Shown here piece after piece: positions 40,035 through 55,618 of a stretch of 64,000 bases of DNA (positions are counted from its first letter, which is position 1; each line of letters begins with the position of its first letter). Location of the stretch: assembly GCA_964016885.1 (NCBI GenBank), contig OZ024745.1, positions 84,196,001 to 84,260,000 on the forward strand. The letters are read 5' to 3'. The notes under the pieces are model-generated. The model searched no databases, was not told the DNA's origin, and saw nothing but the letters and a program-made list of their open reading frames with translations. The position numbers and the translations under genes were made by a program. This DNA comes from Eledone cirrhosa. Its lineage: Eukaryota.

Positions 40035-40582
40035 CGTGTGTATGAGTATATATATACGTCTGTATGAGTATTTCTGCGTGTTTTTGCGTGTGTGTGTGCG
40101 TGTGTATGTATGTGTGTATACATATATATACATGTATATATATATTTTATATATATGTGTATATTTATGTATATGCACACCTCGTGTATTTGTTTATTTT
40201 TAATTGTTTTTATTTCCCCCGCCCCTCCTCTCACTTATCGTTGTCAATACGTATCCTTTGTTTTTATTTTTTTTATTTTTTATTTTATATTTTTTGTTCT
40301 TATTCATTTATTTATTCTTATTACTTCATATATATATATATATGTATGTGTATGTATGTTGTCCATGTCTGTAGATACATATACGCTTATGTGATATAGT
40401 ATACGTCTACGTACCTTTTAAGTATATGCGCGTGGTTGAGTGTGTGTATGTTTATATATTTATTGTTTTTATATATATATATATGTATTCTTTTTCTCTT
40501 CTTCTTCGCCCGTTGTTTCCTCAGCCTCACTATCATATTTCTTATATTTTGTTTTCAAATCTATATTTGAAAAAACACCATG

Positions 40583-40648
40583 TTTTATTCATTCTGAAGA
40601 CTGGAAACAGATATATCTGCTTTCAAGAAACCACTGGTAAATAAAATA
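40583..40648 (+). ncRNA. Type I hammerhead ribozyme in a solo PLE pseudo-LTR
   Basis: ATT-CTGAAGA(40594-40600), hairpin TGGAAACAGA-TATA-TCTGCTTTCA, GAAAC-CACTG-GTA(40637-40639)-AATAAAA. Confidence 0.75.
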
Positions 40649-40731
40649 ATTATCTTATGTTGTTTATTACATAAGCTCTGTAGCCTACATAGAGCACTTT
40701 TTTTTCCTGTACCTTTCCGACGGAATTACTT

Positions 40732-40859
<128 letters not shown>

Positions 40860-41016
40860 AAAGAATAGAGGTGTAACACACAAGTTATTATATATTGGTA
40901 AACGGAATAGAAAATGCTGACAAATTGTTCACAGTTGAAAAATGGTTTAATTAGGAATAAAAGAGTATTAGTGATTGTATGGGTTAGTATTCAGTTGTGG
41001 TTTTAAGTTTTTAAGT

Positions 41017-41053
41017 TTTTACCGGTTGCGCATTTCTAAATGCTTTTCAAAAA
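41017..41053 (-). ncRNA. Minimal hammerhead-like motif, U3-A8 variant (GAAA box reads GCAA)
   Basis: TTT-TTGAAAA-GCATTT AG AAATGC-GCAAC-CG-GTA-AAA; the surrounding sequence resembles the Neptune-type pseudo-LTR at 3100-3640. Confidence 0.5.
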
Positions 41054-41176
41054 TAATTTTGAGATAGAGTGTCCGTGCTGTTTGCTCTGATCTGATTAGT
41101 TTTGGGAATTCTACCTGTTTTTATGTTAAAAAAGTGGCTCCAGCGTTACTTTGGTGTTGCAAAAATTCTTGTTGTC

Positions 41177-42311
<1,135 letters not shown>

Positions 42312-42468
42312 ACCAATATATATATATATATATACATATACATAAACAAATATATATATATATATATATAAACAAAAAGTGTAAGTCAACACATACTCAA
42401 AATTGTGTGTATATATAATATATATACACAATTTATATATATACCCAATATATATATATACACAAATA

Positions 42469-42515
<47 letters not shown>

Positions 42516-42522
<7 letters not shown>

Positions 42523-45500
42523 TAACAGATTAAAGTTTAAGCAAAGAATCGCTGCTTTCATCATTAACGGGATCTTCTGAACCTAAAAAAAATCAATCTG
42601 TGAATGCAGAAGTAAATATTTCGAAAAACGTTGCAACCGAAGGAAAACAGGAAGATAATATTTTGGTTCGTGAAAACGTTCCCTGGCAATGAACGGAAAA
42701 AAAGCGACGTCATTATTTGGAGCGCTGAGAACATTTACAAGCAAAGACAAAATCACGTTTATGGTATGAAGTCGTAGACTAATATTCTATTTAGGTGGTT
42801 CGTGGAGACGTTCCCTGGCAATGAGCAGAAAAAAAAGCGAAGATAATACGTCATTATGTGGATCGTTGAGAACAATTACACGCAAAGAAAAAAGTTTATG
42901 GTATAAATGAAGTCGTAGACTAAAATTCTATTTAGGAAGCCGAATGATTCTCGGCTTCAAAGTTAAAAATAATGTAAATATATTAGAGGTTATGAAATCA
43001 ACAATAATTAAATATATACATACACGCATCCATACACCCTACATACGTGCAAACCCGCATATGCACACAAACGCAAAATACACGTATACACATAACCATA
43101 TACACATGTACCCGTATATATAATATCATATATACACCTATAACAAATACAAGCAAATATACGTACAATAAAGTATACGTACCTTCACAAAACATACGGG
43201 TAATGTATACTTACCTATACGAATAAGTAATGGTATAAACATAAAATATACTTAGCTACCACATCAAGACGTAAATTATCCGCGTATTGTTCGTACTATC
43301 CGTTAGGGTATAATGTAGGGCTGTAATACAGGAAAGTTTTATGCAATTTATGTTTACAAGCCGAAATTGCCTCAGATTTTTTGGCGTGGAGTATTTCCAG
43401 GGCATCAGCAGCGCAGAGGTCGCATGGTCTTTTATTTCTGTTATACGATCTAGCCTTAGCTAGGATCTCCCAGTGAAACCTATATTGGGTGTGGTTGTCT
43501 TTTAGACTCCAGATATAAGCTGTAAGTGACGTCATATTCCTTCTTAAAGGGTTAAGAAAAGAATGGGTGTGCATGTAAAGACGTTGCTTGAATCTATTGG
43601 TGGTTAACCCAATGTAGGACCTACGGGACGTGGGTCTTTCGACCTTATTTTTGTAGACAATGTTACTGAAGAGGCATTTCCCGGATAGGGAGCAGTCAAT
43701 CTGATTCCTACAATTACAGTTAGTACTAGCTACAGGGTTTCACGGGTTCCTACGGCTAGGTAATTTAGCTAAATTTGAAGCAAGGTTAGGAGTCGTAGAG
43801 TAAGACATTTTAATGGTATTTCTATTAAACATGTTATTATATTTATGTGCTGTGGGGAAATGCTTCTTAATAAGGGAGAGAAAATCTTAGCTAATGGTGT
43901 GGCTACCTCCTTATTATATGGTGGGTTATACCATATAATGCGTCAGGATCTATTTTTCCTTGGTCTATTCTCATACTCAGTATATGCTACCTTATCGACA
44001 AATCCACTCTGAGCAAGAGCTTCATTGTAATATGTGGAATGGTCGGTGAAAATATGCTCGTTAGTAGATAGACGGGAAAGCCTCAAAGAAACGTTTCTTA
44101 CCAGGTTTTGGTTATGCTGGCAGGATGGTTAGAATGCTTACTTATGTAATTAAGCGTATCATTCGGCTTTCTACACGGTTAGTGCAAGCCATTTGACAAA
44201 TTGAGAGTAACGTCGAGGTAATTAACGACCTAGATGTTCGCTTCAACCTGTTAAGGTGAGGTTGAAGCCTTTAAAGACGGCTGTGAGTTCTTTTCTGAAC
44301 CTGTCGCAAGCGCGTGGGCCGCACTTTGTCATGGTCAAAAGACCGTCATCACGGTACAAACCACCGTCCACATTGGGAATTCTTCCTTGATAGAGAAAAG
44401 AATGAAAAGGCCGATAAGATCAGTAAATACCGCGGAATCGCTGGCACCTATACTCACGTTAAATGGGGTGCTATTAGATTTTTTAATCCAAAATTAATCA
44501 CTGACTCACGGGCATTAAGGACGACATCAACTTCGAAATCCTTAACCACCGTGGGCGTTTTAGCGAAATTGATAGCTCTAAGAAAAAGTGGTAAATTGAT
44601 GGAGGAGTAGTAATTATTGATTTCGAATTGGATAAAACGGCAATATTCCTTGTTGCATATACCATTAAACCAATCAATCACCGCGAAAGAATTGTTCCAC
44701 AGTGCAAGAGGTGCTAAGCTTCTAATTTCAGGTATAATTCTATATAAAATCCTTTAACTAAGTCTTCCTAAATCGAACTTCGTAGGGTTAATAAGCCGAA
44801 TAGAGGGGTTGTTGGGGAAATTGGGTTTGTGATCTTTCAGGGTAAAGTGGGGAGAAATAGGGTCCAGAGGTTCAATCCGGTCCTGGATGTTGAGTTCAGA
44901 GGTGATTTTAATCCAGCATTGTTGATGTCATTAATGACACTCCGATTAGTTTTACGGTAATCCTTAGTTACAGCATTATGTAGCAATTGATGGTAAGTAC
45001 TGCGCTCCACTTGATATAGATTGCCAGTTTTGTCTGAGTGGACGATGTGCACGGCATTAGAATCCTTAATAGAACGAATTGCCCCTATTCCGAAATTTGA
45101 TACTCCGTATGAGTTCCAAGATATCATTTTCGAAGGGTAGCAATGCTGCGTTACTCGGAGGGTTAATATAAGGTTTAAACCCAAATTTATCTTGTTTGTT
45201 GTCCGCTTTTCCCTGATTATCGAAATAAAAAGCACTCCAACGCAACCTTTAAATGGACGAGTCCGTTTTAGGCATGTATTCGTGTTTGGTACAGGTATGT
45301 TCTTTGTAGAAATATTCAGATGTTGTTTCTGCATGATTAATATAAGTCAATAGAGTGCTCAACCGAGGGAGCCAAATGGTAATAATAATAAATTTGAAGA
45401 CTAAAATCCAAAGAGGGCTCGATGAGGATAAATATATATCAAATATATGAACAGTAGAGCAAGTATTTATTAAAATAACAGATTAAAGTTTAAGCAAAGA

Positions 45501-45675
45501 ATCGCTGCTTTCACTCTTAACGGGATCTTCTGAAACTAAAAAAATCAATCTGTGAACGCAGAAGTAAATATTTCGAAAAACGTTGCAACCAAAGGAAAAC
45601 AGGAAGACGATACTTTGGTTCGTGGAGACGTTCCCTGGCAATGAACGGAAAAAAAGCGAAGATAATACGTCATTT
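42516..45675 (-). mobile_element. Near full-length Penelope-like element, Hydra-clade type (family B copy 2) with direct pseudo-LTRs
   Basis: Pseudo-LTRs at 45468-45675 and 42516-42945, each with the CAGAAGA hammerhead (45487-45537 and 42534-42584). Confidence 0.9.
43296..45334 (-). pseudogene. PLE RT plus GIY-YIG polyprotein (frameshifted)
   Basis: STKNIPVP; SDKTGNLY; FIQFEINNYYSSI; GLYRDDGL (44340-44362); CNCRNQIDCSLSGKC; YIGLT; CDLC..SACKHK. Confidence 0.9.
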
Positions 45676-45708
45676 GCATTTTCGATTTCATTTCCTTATA
45701 TATATACA

Positions 45709-45842
<134 letters not shown>

Positions 45843-46011
45843 GGTAAACAGAAATAACATCACAATTGGTACAGTATATGGAGGGATATATTAGGTTGAC
45901 ACTTGATATAGCAAAACAAAAAGCGTAAGTCAACAGGTTAAAATTCGGTGTTATATATATTTCACATATTGAAAATTTGGTGAGTGTGTAAATATATATA
46001 TATATATATAA

Positions 46012-46573
46012 GACACCGTGCTTTGCAGCATAGAGTCACCGCCCTTTGGCTTTCATCTTTATGGGATCGATAAAATAAAGTACCAGTAATGCACAGGGGC
46101 GATTTACTTGACCTTTCTATCCCCCTCCAAATTGCTGGCATTGTGCCTAAAGTAGAAACAGCTCTATTTGGGGATGTTCATGTGTGTATGTATGCGAGGC
46201 CCGGTTTCAAACAGGGGCACCCGCACTTAGTAAAGTAGCCAATACTTTAGTAGAGTGTAAGCATTAAGTTTAATTTAATTAAACTTGATATATCTATATA
46301 TATAAAACTGTGTGTGTGTCCTCATTTTTGCAAAGTCTATACAAATCCACATTTCTACTCCGATTGACTTCAAACTTGCATTTATATATTCCTTGCGGCC
46401 TAAAGATACTAACTGCAGCTTTTATTTTTCCATTTTGTGTTTTTAAAGGGGGGTTAGGCGCCGATTATCGATCCGTCGAGCCCTTATAATATCTGTCTGT
46501 ATGTCTGGGTGTCTCCATAATGACATTCTGACGTACACGTCATCACTGACGTATTATCTTCGCTACATTCACG

Positions 46574-46628
<55 letters not shown>

Positions 46629-46670
46629 GTATATACATATACACATATATACATATACACACACATATAT

Positions 46671-46723
<53 letters not shown>

Positions 46724-46803
46724 TACATATACAAACACATATACACATATATAGATATACACTTATACACATATATAGATATAGACATAAAAAATATATG
46801 TGT

Positions 46804-46844
<41 letters not shown>

Positions 46845-46948
46845 GGTGTGTGTGTGTGTGTGTGTGTATATACATATATTTTTATGTCTACATCTATATA
46901 TGTGTATATGTGTATATCTATATATGTGTATATGTATTTGTATATGTA

Positions 46949-46987
<39 letters not shown>

Positions 46988-47647
46988 GTGTATATATGTG
47001 TGTGTATATGTGTATATGTATATACGTATATATGTATATGTGTGTGTGTGTGTGAATGTAGCGAAGATAATACGTCAGCGATGACGTGTTCGTCAGAATG
47101 TCGTTATGGAGACACCCAGACATACAGACAGATATTATAAGGGCTCGACGGATCGATAATCGGCGCCTAACCTCCCTTTAAAAACACAAAATGGAAAAAT
47201 AAAAGCTGCAGTTAGTATCTTTAGGCCACAAGGAATATATAAATGCAAGTTTGAAGTCAATCGGAGTAGAAATGTAGATTTGTATAGACTTTGCAAAAAT
47301 GAGGACACACACACACACACACACACACAGACAACAACAGTTTTATATATATAGATATATCAAGTTTAATTAAATTAAACTTAATGCTTACACTCTACTA
47401 ATGTATTGGCTACTTTACTAAGTGCGGGTACCCCCGTTTGAAACCGGGCCTCCCATACACACACACATGAACATCCCCAAATAGAGCTGTTTCTACTTTA
47501 GGTACAATGCCAGCAATTTGAAGGGAGATAGAAAGGTCAATTAAATCGCCCCCCACCCCTCTCCGTGCATTACTGGTACTTTATTTTATCGCGCCCGTAA
47601 AGATGAAATGCAAAGGGCCGTGACTCTATACTTCAAAGCATGGTGTC
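46012..47647. repeat. 1.6-kb diverged inverted repeat centred on a (TA)n tract, containing a SINE fragment and other repeats
   Basis: 46012-~46820 is the reverse complement of ~46845-47647 with many substitutions. Confidence 0.92.
46291..46480 (+). mobile_element. Possible non-autonomous Helitron-like element 5' part (mirror copy at 47140-47358)
   Basis: TCTATATATATAAAA start, short (TG)n, CCGATTGACTTCAAACTTG motif; resemblance only. Confidence 0.35.
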
Positions 47648-47708
47648 CTATATATATATATACACACACTCACAGATACATATATATATATATGTGTGTG
47701 TGTATGTA

Positions 47709-47765
<57 letters not shown>

Positions 47766-47816
47766 ATGTATGTATATATATATATATATATATATACATA
47801 CATACATACATACATG

Positions 47817-47862
<46 letters not shown>

Positions 47863-47902
47863 TGCATACATGCACACACACACACATATATAAATATGTA
47901 TA

Positions 47903-47966
<64 letters not shown>

Positions 47967-48175
47967 GATACATTATAGGTCGCTTTAACCTGTCTTTTAT
48001 TTTATTATTCAAAAACACTTCTTACCAATAAAGATTAACCCTTTGTGTGCCATTCATCTAACTGTAGACCAACAAATACCAAGTAAAAGGAGCGTTGATA
48101 AGAACGAGCGCGAATGAATCTTCGAGGTAAGCAGTTTCCTCCCGAGCTGTTAGTTCACGCGGGATTCACATATAT

Positions 48176-49100
<925 letters not shown>

Positions 49101-49102
49101 AA

Positions 49103-49420
49103 TTTGTTATAAGAACAGATTAAAGTTTAAGAAAAGAATCGCTGCTTTCAACATTAACGGGATCTTCTGAAACTAAAAAAATTAATCTGTGAACGCAGAA
49201 GTAAATATTTCGATAAACGTTGCAACCAAAGGAAAACATGAAGACGATATTTTGGTTTGTGAAGACGTTCAACGGGGAAAAAGCGAGGTTAATACGTTTT
49301 TATGTGGACCGGGAAGAACAATTTCATGCAAAAACAAGACCAAGTTTATGGTATAAATGGAGTCGTTAGATAATATTCTATTTAAAATAACCGAATGATT
49401 TCCAGCCCCGGAGTTTAAGA
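49103..49420 (-). mobile_element. Solo family B pseudo-LTR (diverged), hammerhead at 49124-49174
   Basis: Aligns with 8415-8705 and 42516-42960. Confidence 0.85.
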
Positions 49421-49903
49421 ATGATATAACTAAAATTGAAAACGAAAATGACAGAGGCTATTAAAATAGTAAAAGTGAATAGTGAAGATTTTGGCCAGTA
49501 CATACGTATGCGCCGACGGACATACACATACATATACATACGCACACACAAATACACACACACACGCGCGGATGTGTGTGTGTGTAAACTTTATGCATTT
49601 CTACAGTATTTTCACCAAACTTAAAACACAGGTTACTTATGTACTCCGGATGGTCATGGGAAGTTTCATTTTTCCAGATATTGATTATAGGGCCTCCCGG
49701 CAGATAACCCCCTTTAACCGCTTCCTTGGAGTCGACTGAAGCACTGCAGTGCAATGCAACAAAACGTCATTACTTTTGGAGTTCGCAACCGATTTTCACA
49801 AAACTTGACACATGGGCTTCATTTGTTCTACAGATGAATGTGAATTCTCAGAAATATATATATAAAGATGTAATATGTTTTGAATGGCTATATGTATGTG
49901 TAC

Positions 49904-49960
<57 letters not shown>

Positions 49961-49970
49961 AACCAGTAAG

Positions 49971-50064
49971 ACCCCGACAGCTGAGCTCAAGCCGTTTCGA
50001 CGGCTAATTCTGAACTAAATGAAAATTTATCCTGGTATTTAAATAGCCGATCTTCTCAAGGGGT
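49971..50064 (-). ncRNA. Hammerhead ribozyme with UUGAGAA (U3-A8) core and ~59-nt stem II
   Basis: ACCCC-TTGAGAA-GATCGGCTA..TAGCCGTC-GAAAC-GGCTTGAGCTCAGCT-GTC-GGGGT. Confidence 0.75.
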
Positions 50065-50744
50065 AATTCCATATATGGTCAAAGTGATTGTCAAAAATCA
50101 GTAGTAATTCTGTGGTTGCAAATTAGTAGGGGAAATGGTGGCTAAACCTGCCAGTAGGAGAAAGAGGGGAGGGGGTGGAGTAGACCCAATCAAGCGTTGG
50201 TAGTGCCAGCTACAGCTGGGCATGAGGTCAAAGAAGATACAGGGGAGGGGGAGGGGGAGGAAGTCGGAACGGTAGGTAGAACAATGGGGGGTAGAAATAT
50301 ATAGGAAAGAAAAAATACTGAGAGTGAAGAAAAGCAAATAAGTGTAAAGAAAAAAGTAAAGTAAATTCTACGACCTAGGTCTCTAGCTATTGTTAGGCTA
50401 GAATAAATAAATAAAGAAAGAAAGAAAGAAGTAAAGAAAGAAATAAAGAAATAACGAAATAAGTAAAAGAACTAGGTGGGACGGAATAGGCAAGGACCCT
50501 TTTAAGAGGTATAAGTACGTAAATGATACGGTGACGGGTCAACAAAAGGGGCCAAAATACTAAAGAGACTACCACGAAATAAACAATAAAGGTTTCCACC
50601 CGGGCACAATGCCAGCAACCACCCAGTGCAGCAAAGTGAACTAGTACGAGATAATAATTCTGAGTCCCGAGAGAAATATATACTAATGCTAACTTTAAAA
50701 GATCTAAAACAAGCTACATGAATTGTATTGGATATATATATATT

Positions 50745-50783
<39 letters not shown>

Positions 50784-50798
50784 ATTGGATATATATAT

Positions 50799-50837
<39 letters not shown>

Positions 50838-50960
50838 AAAATTAAGATAAATCAAATGAATTTAATCTAAATCAAAATTATGGTTGTCATGCCAGAAAGA
50901 CATGCGCCATATCACCCGCAAAATAAGCTCTAAGATTCTAACGAGTAGGTCCGAGCATTT

Positions 50961-51047
50961 TATAATAACTAGAAATTGATTAACATAAATAAACATGAAT
51001 AATCACATGATTATTCATGTTTATTTATATGTTAATCAATTTCTAAT

Positions 51048-51054
<7 letters not shown>
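50961..51054. repeat. ~94-bp imperfect palindrome ending in (TA)n
   Basis: TAGAAATTGATTAACATAAATAAACATGAATAATCA / TGATTATTCATGTTTATTTATATGTTAATCAATTTCTA. Confidence 0.85.
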
Positions 51055-51118
<64 letters not shown>

Positions 51119-52919
51119 GATACTATAATACATACTTCCCTTAAATACTACCTTCTAGACCTGGTCGCTCACAGATTTGCTTAATAATAACAGAGCTGGT
51201 GACTAATATTAGAGTAAACTCAATACGATACAGACCTAATGCGAATGTACCCAAACATAACTTATAAGGGCGATTATTCCATCCGGACTACGTGGTTCCG
51301 ACTCTAAGAAAATTGATAATTGCAATCAAAGATTGCTAATAAACATTTAAATTATGTAATAATTGTTTCTACTTTTACAGATCCTCACGATACTATAATG
51401 CATAGTGACATTGAATATTCTTTTAACTCAGCCGCTCAGGGTCATGTTGGTGCAATTCCCTCAATGTTCCTTTTATCACTCTGTAGAATTTGACAAATGA
51501 AGGAGATTGCTGCCACAGCTTTTTATGTGCCTCTTACTACGATATATGCCTATCAAGAAACTTAGCCATGAAGATCCATTATTGTTTTCGAAATCCCAGG
51601 CTATTGCATTCTCTACATAACTGGTATTTATTTTGGAAATTTGCGTAACTTTCAAATTTCGTTGTATTCCTTCAACGATATTCTTTAAATCACTACTTTA
51701 TTTGATCCTTACTTTCAAGATTTCGACCTCTCCCATTATTTCAACTGCTGCATAGAAGCAACTTTGCCCACAGCTCGTTGAGTTGATGAGCTTGACACTA
51801 CAAAGAGATCATAGCGTTGAAGAATAACCTTGATGTCTGTGACTATGGGTTTTCGATTCGACTAGCATAAAGTTTTTTTCTCTCTCTCCATTATACATTC
51901 TCCTTGTCATCTACATGATGTTGCCATGATGTCACCTATTACAATTTTCAAATATCGCACAGATTCCTAATAAAGTATTGCTTGAAATTTCTTAGCATTG
52001 CAAATTGGGTTGTTTCATCAGTCCTCTTATATAATGCGTTGACGCCTTTCTATATTTTGCTGGCATCATCCATACTCGTGCTTGAGTATAAAAATTTGAT
52101 TTTAACAACAACGCTAGAATCAATGATCATTTTATATATGTGGCTACATCTGTGAGAGCTATTATAAACGGTAATATATAAACGTTTCCCCCCCCCCCCC
52201 CAGTTCATTCATATCTCCAGCAAATATGTGAAAATCATAAACTGGTATTTGAGGCATTTATTATTTTAAAACATAGCAAACTAACGGATATGACATTTGA
52301 AGCATTTATTTTAAAACATAACAAACAAGCAGATATGATATCGGCAATGTATTTGTTTTGCAAGGTTTTTGATATGAAATCGTGTGTTGAAATAGATATG
52401 GTTATATTTTGGGAGGGTCATGTTGTTCTAATATTGCCAGAGAAATATAGTAAAACACACTCATTGTTTGGTTTGGTTTTCGTTTCAGTATATTTTTATA
52501 TGATATATCTTTTGCCAGCTAAATAGCTGGCAAAAGATATATCATTGTCTAGAATTTATTACATAACTTTTATAGAATTATGAAAATTACTCATTTAATT
52601 TATAATGCTTTTGCTCACATAGTATTGTTGATTATTTAAGCTTTGTTTTATAAGTAATGTATATTGTTGTTATGTTTGTCTTGTTGAATTTTTTTAATTG
52701 TATTTTGGGAGATCTTTTGCAATAGTATTTGTGATAGATCTGAACGCTTTGTTTAATATGGATGGATTTTAGATATTAAATGATACTGTCTGATAGTGTG
52801 TGTCTGTATGTGTGTGTATGTGTGTCGGGTGTGCGTGTTTATAAGAATGTAACTATCCATTACGCAAGACCTAATGCCTGTAAATTTTTAGTTTATTAAG
52901 AGCTGAATAGTACATATTC

Positions 52920-53100
52920 GTGAAGTAGCGTGGTTTAGAGATTTTAGAGTTGCTGGCATAAACTTGATTTATGAGTTCGAAACTCAGAACGAGTGATGCG
53001 TATATGCCCTTTAGCAAGACACTGTATTTCGCGATACTCCTGTTCATCCAGCTGTAGAAATTAGTTGCGACGTCTCTGGTGCCTTCGCCTTTCCCTTGCC
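52920..53100 (+). mobile_element. Diverged CORE-like SINE copy
   Basis: Homologous to 33398-33688 (-). Confidence 0.6.
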
Positions 53101-54132
53101 CTGGCGTGGCCCCAGACGGAACATTCTAAGCGCAAATTACATCATCGCATTCCTGACAGAAAGTACATATTCACAATATAACATTATATGACCTCCCATA
53201 TAATGGCAAAAGATTTAAATTGTAATGTTAATATGTAATGTTATTCTGTTGTTAAAACATATAGATAAACAGAGGTCTATCTCAATAGAATTAATTCATA
53301 AAATCCATTACCACTTAGTAGTGACGACGTGAGTCAGTTTCGACCTAAGATATACTAAGATATATAATTATGTGTGTATGTGTACCATAGAAATATTGTT
53401 CTGATACTGTTATTTTCCTCGACAAATAATTTAGTTTATTAAATCTTTAAAGAATCATATAATTTCGTGTCAAGCCATATGTGGTGACATGTGTATTCTC
53501 TTCGTGAATTTTCTGCATATGAATTCCTATCTTGACTATTACATTCTACGTATTGGTATATTTAATGTTTTGTTCGAAATAATTATTCTCTGTTGATTCT
53601 AGGAGGTACTTAGAGTGATAAACGAAATTGATATGGTTTTCTTTGTCTCTCTATGAAATAAGATCTCCCTAGCATGCGAGTTGAATAGATTTTATATAAG
53701 TAACAAAGAGAGGTTATTGTAAAGCTACCAGACGTCTGACTGATTCTTTTGTCACTACCTTTTTCAAATATTTGCTTATTTTTCCAGTTCATTAATTGGG
53801 TATTCTTTTCAAAGGTTGTTCTGTTATTTTCTTTGCGTCTAATTTTAGATTTCACAGATATCGTTAACTAAAGAAGGCTCCAGAATTTTTATGAAAAAGA
53901 ATTAGCGTTAAAATTCTTTCATGCTTCTGATCGTATTATATGACCAAATGATGAGAACGTACATTTAAACTAACTAATTTAGTCTTGTAAACCAATATTA
54001 AGTTCACAAATTTAAGCTAAAGTTATGAAACTAAAACCTGTAACCATTTATCCATGTGCTTATTGGTTAAATCTCTGGCTCATCTCAAAAAATAGATATT
54101 CACTGGTTCGTTCCTGAAAACTCGATAGAGTT

Positions 54133-54635
54133 ACGGCCCTTTACGTTCTGAGTTCAAATCCCACCGAGGCTAGCTTTACCTTTCATCCTTACGGCATCGA
54201 TAAAATAAAGTATCAGTAATGCACTGGGTCGATTTAATCGACTTTCCTCTTCCCTCAAATTGCTGGCCTTGTACTAAATGTAGAAGCCATTATCATGTTA
54301 AGCTTCGACTCTCGTGACTCTCAACGATGTATTGAAATCCCGTCGCTGTGTTGGCTAGTCGAGAGCTACAGCAATTGACATTATAATTTACATGAGTGGC
54401 GTAAACTTTACATGACTTTTTACCGTATCTGAGACCCTGTGATAGGAATGTCTCAGACGAAAAATGCCACAAGCTCATTTTTACTTTTTATTCTTATTTT
54501 TCATTACTTACTTTACTGTGATTTATACAAATCCCGCCGAGGTTAACTTATGGGGTCCTTATGGGGTCGATAAAATAAAGTACCAGTAATACACTGGGAT
54601 AATTGGTCGCCTTGTGCCAAAAGTAGAAAAAATTA
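54133..54635 (+). mobile_element. Two SINE fragments (54133-54294 and 54527-54635), Meta/MESC-like
   Basis: B box and GGTCGATAAAATAAAGTACCAG core. Confidence 0.75.
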
Positions 54636-54786
54636 TTTTTTTTATTTGCGTATGTTACTATCTATGTTCATATAATTTTTATTATCATTTTCTCATTTTG
54701 TTTAGAATTTTCTTCTCAAGACCTTCCACTCCATCTCTTCCTTTTTCTTCATCTATCTATCAGCGGCTCTCCTCTCCCTCCCTGCA

Positions 54787-54881
<95 letters not shown>

Positions 54882-55459
54882 TTAAATATAGATATAGATA
54901 TATCATTCACATGAATAATTTCTTTTTCCGCATCTATGACTGTTCTTGCTCTTATATCGTTTGTATAGATTTTATTATCTTTCGTTAGTTATAATATTGT
55001 CGTCATTAATGTTCTATATTTTTTTTCTTCATCTCCCTTCAGAATATTTTGACCATTATTTACAATTTAAATACATAAAAAATATTTTTTCCTCATTTTT
55101 CCTCACGTTTGTTAAGCGTAAATTTTTATCCACTTTTACTATTTATTTCGTCCTTAATTTCTTTCACATTTTTAATATTACCATTTTATATTTAGTTTCT
55201 AATTGATTTATGACAGTATTCATTCCAAACATATGTTTATTCAGCCTAGGAATCTTTTAGATCTAACGATCGATAATAGCCAATAATATCCTGTTATTAT
55301 TCCACTGAGTACCGATATGGATATGTATCCAGTCAGTATAGTTATCTGCTTTTCAGAAATTATAAAAACACTCAATACAAAGTTTCAATGTATTCTAGCA
55401 AAAGCAGGAATGACCTTCCACACGTAGCTAGGCCACCAGCTTGTTACACACGCGCTTAT

Positions 55460-55618
<159 letters not shown>

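Noticed and set aside
50934-50986. CTAACGA..TAGAAATTGATTAAC as a hammerhead
   Set aside because: The G5 position is lost and stem I pairing is poor; too degenerate to call.
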